A stretch of DNA of 64,000 bases from Clostridia bacterium (GTDB lineage: Bacteria; Bacillota; Clostridia; JAAYHZ01), in assembly GCA_050950825.1 (NCBI GenBank), contig JBMNIH010000004.1, positions 96,001-160,000 of the forward strand. The letters run 5' to 3'. The position numbers and the translations under genes are program-made. The notes below the pieces were generated by a model. The model was not told the origin of the DNA. It ran no database searches and saw only the letters and a program-made list of their open reading frames with translations. Of the stretch, positions 61,844 to 64,000 are shown piece after piece (positions within the stretch are counted from its first letter, which is position 1; each line of letters starts with the position of its first letter).

Positions 61844-63553
61844 TTAATCGATTGTTTTGTCGATTTGGAAGCGTTGAATTTTTCTTGAAGTGTTCTTTAC
61901 AAACTCTTGCTCCCGGATTTTAACGACTTTAATGGCTTTGTAGGAAACCATGTTGCCGTTCAATTTCTTTATTTCTTCGTTAAAATAGGTTTGTACATCG
62001 GTAATGCCTTTGGCTTTCAAGGCTTCGAAATCCGGGTAGATTTCCGCTACAATGACTTCTTTTTTAGTTTTGCTTTCGCCGGCATACACCACGACTTCCG
62101 CCACGCCGAAAATATTGGATGTTATTTCCGCCTCCAATTCCTCGGGATAAACATTTTTGCCGTTGCTGAGAACAAGCATGTTCTTCAATCTTCCGGTGAT
62201 ATACAGCCAGCCTTCATCGTCCAGCTTTCCGTAGTCTCCCGTTTTAAAATACCCCTCTTCATCGAAGGCTTGCTTGGTGGCTTCCGGATCCTTGTAATAG
62301 CCGAGCATCACGTTGGTACCCTTGACGCAGATTTCGCCTTCTCCGTTCTCATCCGGATTCAGGATTTTCACTTGCTCTCCGATAATGGGGATGCCTACGC
62401 TGCCTTTCTTTTGGTATTTGTTTCGATTGCAGGAGACCAACGGTGCACATTCCGTTATGCCGTAGCCGTTGAGGACGGTGAAACCGAAGGCTTCAAAATC
62501 GTCGATAATGTTTTGGGCTAATCTCGCTCCTCCGCATATAATCATTTCCAGCTTGCCGCCGAAGGTTTCATGAATGGATTTGAAAAATTGGCGGCGCAAA
62601 TCGATCCCGATTTTTCGAAGTCCGTTGCTTACCTTCATCATGGTGCGCAGCAAATTGGCTTTCCCGCTCTTTTCCGCCGTTTGCCATATTCTTTTGTGAA
62701 GCGTTTCGACAAACAAGGGCACCAACACCAAGTGGGAGGGACTGTATTCTTTCATTTCATTGGCAATATGTTTTAAACCGCTAGAGATGCATATGCAGGA
62801 CCCTTGCGCAAAATGCCCGACAAATACAACGGTAGAACCGTAGGTATGATGGGGAGGCAAAACGCTTAACGTTTTAGGGGTTATGGAAAAAAGGTACATA
62901 CCTTGCGTCATATCCGATACGATATTTTTCTGGGAGAGCATAACCCCTTTTCCTTTTCCCGTAGTACCGGATGTAAACACGATGGTAGCCAAACGATCCG
63001 GGTCGATTTCATAGTCGTAATAGGAATTGTCACCGTTTTCGAATCGTTCCTTGCCCATAGACTCCACATCCGAAAGGTTATAAGCTCCGTTTATAGAGCC
63101 TTTGCCCATACAAACAACGGTTTTGATTCCGGGAGCCGTTTTCAACGCTTCTTCGATTTTTCCTTCAATGCTTTTGCCGTATACGACATATTCGCAATCG
63201 GCAAAATTCAATATGCGGGACATTTCTTCCGAAGAAATCTCCCTGTCGATCGGTACCGTTACGGCTCCGATGGCCATAAGAGAAAAGTAGGAACAGATCC
63301 ATTCATAAGAGGTTTCGCCGATAATGGCAACATGCTTGTCCCGACATCCTAAATGAATCAATCCGGTGCCGATGTTGCGAATGTAATCCCTTGCTTCGCT
63401 GTACGTTACATGGATGATATTCGTATCGTTCGGATTTTTCTTATACGAAAAAGCGATACGATCGGGATATTTTTTCGCCACGTTTTCAGTCATGATCCTG
63501 AAGTCTTCAAAGACGGTTGTTTCATATAACGGGTATTTTGCATTGTTTGACAC
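61844..63553 (-). CDS. Long-chain fatty acid-CoA ligase (AMP-binding)
   Basis: FTSGTTGKGKG, GYGITE, FKTGD, GRLKN..NGKNVYPEE. Confidence 0.93.
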   Translation of the reverse strand: MSNNAKYPLYETTVFEDFRIMTENVAKKYPDRIAFSYKKNPNDTNIIHVTYSEARDYIRNIGTGLIHLGCRDKHVAIIGETSYEWICSYFSLMAIGAVTVPIDREISSEEMSRILNFADCEYVVYGKSIEGKIEEALKTAPGIKTVVCMGKGSINGAYNLSDVESMGKERFENGDNSYYDYEIDPDRLATIVFTSGTTGKGKGVMLSQKNIVSDMTQGMYLFSITPKTLSVLPPHHTYGSTVVFVGHFAQGSCICISSGLKHIANEMKEYSPSHLVLVPLFVETLHKRIWQTAEKSGKANLLRTMMKVSNGLRKIGIDLRRQFFKSIHETFGGKLEMIICGGARLAQNIIDDFEAFGFTVLNGYGITECAPLVSCNRNKYQKKGSVGIPIIGEQVKILNPDENGEGEICVKGTNVMLGYYKDPEATKQAFDEEGYFKTGDYGKLDDEGWLYITGRLKNMLVLSNGKNVYPEELEAEITSNIFGVAEVVVYAGESKTKKEVIVAEIYPDFEALKAKGITDVQTYFNEEIKKLNGNMVSYKAIKVVKIREQEFVKNTSRKIQRFQIDKTID

Positions 63554-63689
63554 GACTTATCTCCTTTTTTTTATCGTACATGACGACATAAAATATGTTT
63601 CATATTAAATATATATTAGCCCCTAAAAAAGAAAATATCAATAGGAATTAACACCAGGTATTAATATTTTTACTTAATAAATTATCACG

Positions 63690-63998
63690 TTAAGGATTCA
63701 AAACCTCCGTTACGGTTCCGAAGCCGTAGCCTAATTGCATTAACCGGGGAATGATCGAAAGCAATGCATCCGGTGTTTGGTATGCCCCTTGGTGCATCAG
63801 AATGATGGCTCCCGGGACCGCATTGTTTACAACACGTTCCGCTATTTGGGCGACACCGGGGTTTTGCCAATCGAGAGAGTCCACTGTCCACATAATCGTT
63901 AAAAAGCCCAAACGTGCAGCGATATTCAATAAGCTTTGGTTGTATTCTCCGAAAGGCGGTCGGAATAAATAGGGTCGGACACCGGTTACGGTTTGTAT
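63690..63998 (-). CDS. Polysaccharide deacetylase (CE4), 5'-truncated by window end
   Basis: FRPPFG, WTVDSLDW, GAIILMH. Confidence 0.9.
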   Translation of the reverse strand: MQTVTGVRPYLFRPPFGEYNQSLLNIAARLGFLTIMWTVDSLDWQNPGVAQIAERVVNNAVPGAIILMHQGAYQTPDALLSIIPRLMQLGYGFGTVTEVLNP

Positions 63999-64000
63999 CA

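Overview
A 64-kb stretch of ordinary chromosome from an endospore-forming, Clostridia-like Firmicute (T-box leader, sigmaA/sigmaK/sigmaF-type promoters, AGGAGG ribosome-binding sites). It holds about 45 genes: c-di-GMP signalling, metal homeostasis (P1B ATPase operon behind an FNR-like box, feoAB with a DtxR-type regulator, yybP-ykoY riboswitch-controlled P2A ATPase), tyrS with a Tyr T-box, carbohydrate/amide catabolic cassettes (GH116, sulfatase-uxaB-uxaA, nitrilase-aminotransferase-amidohydrolase), peptidoglycan salvage (AmiE-like, NamZ, NagZ), two tandem ECF sigma/anti-sigma pairs and an aac(6')-I-like gene. One complete 1,957-bp IS with 16-bp terminal inverted repeats and a 6-bp target duplication splits a DUF3810-like gene. 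Three other genes are decayed. I saw no rRNA, tRNA, CRISPR array or prophage. The best candidates for something undescribed are an XRE-HTH/ADP-ribosylhydrolase fusion with a palindromic operator and a structured ~250-nt upstream element, a 'mini-RIC'-P1B ATPase-HMA operon, and a candidate anti-Shine-Dalgarno sRNA. All family assignments come from motif recognition by eye, not database searches.
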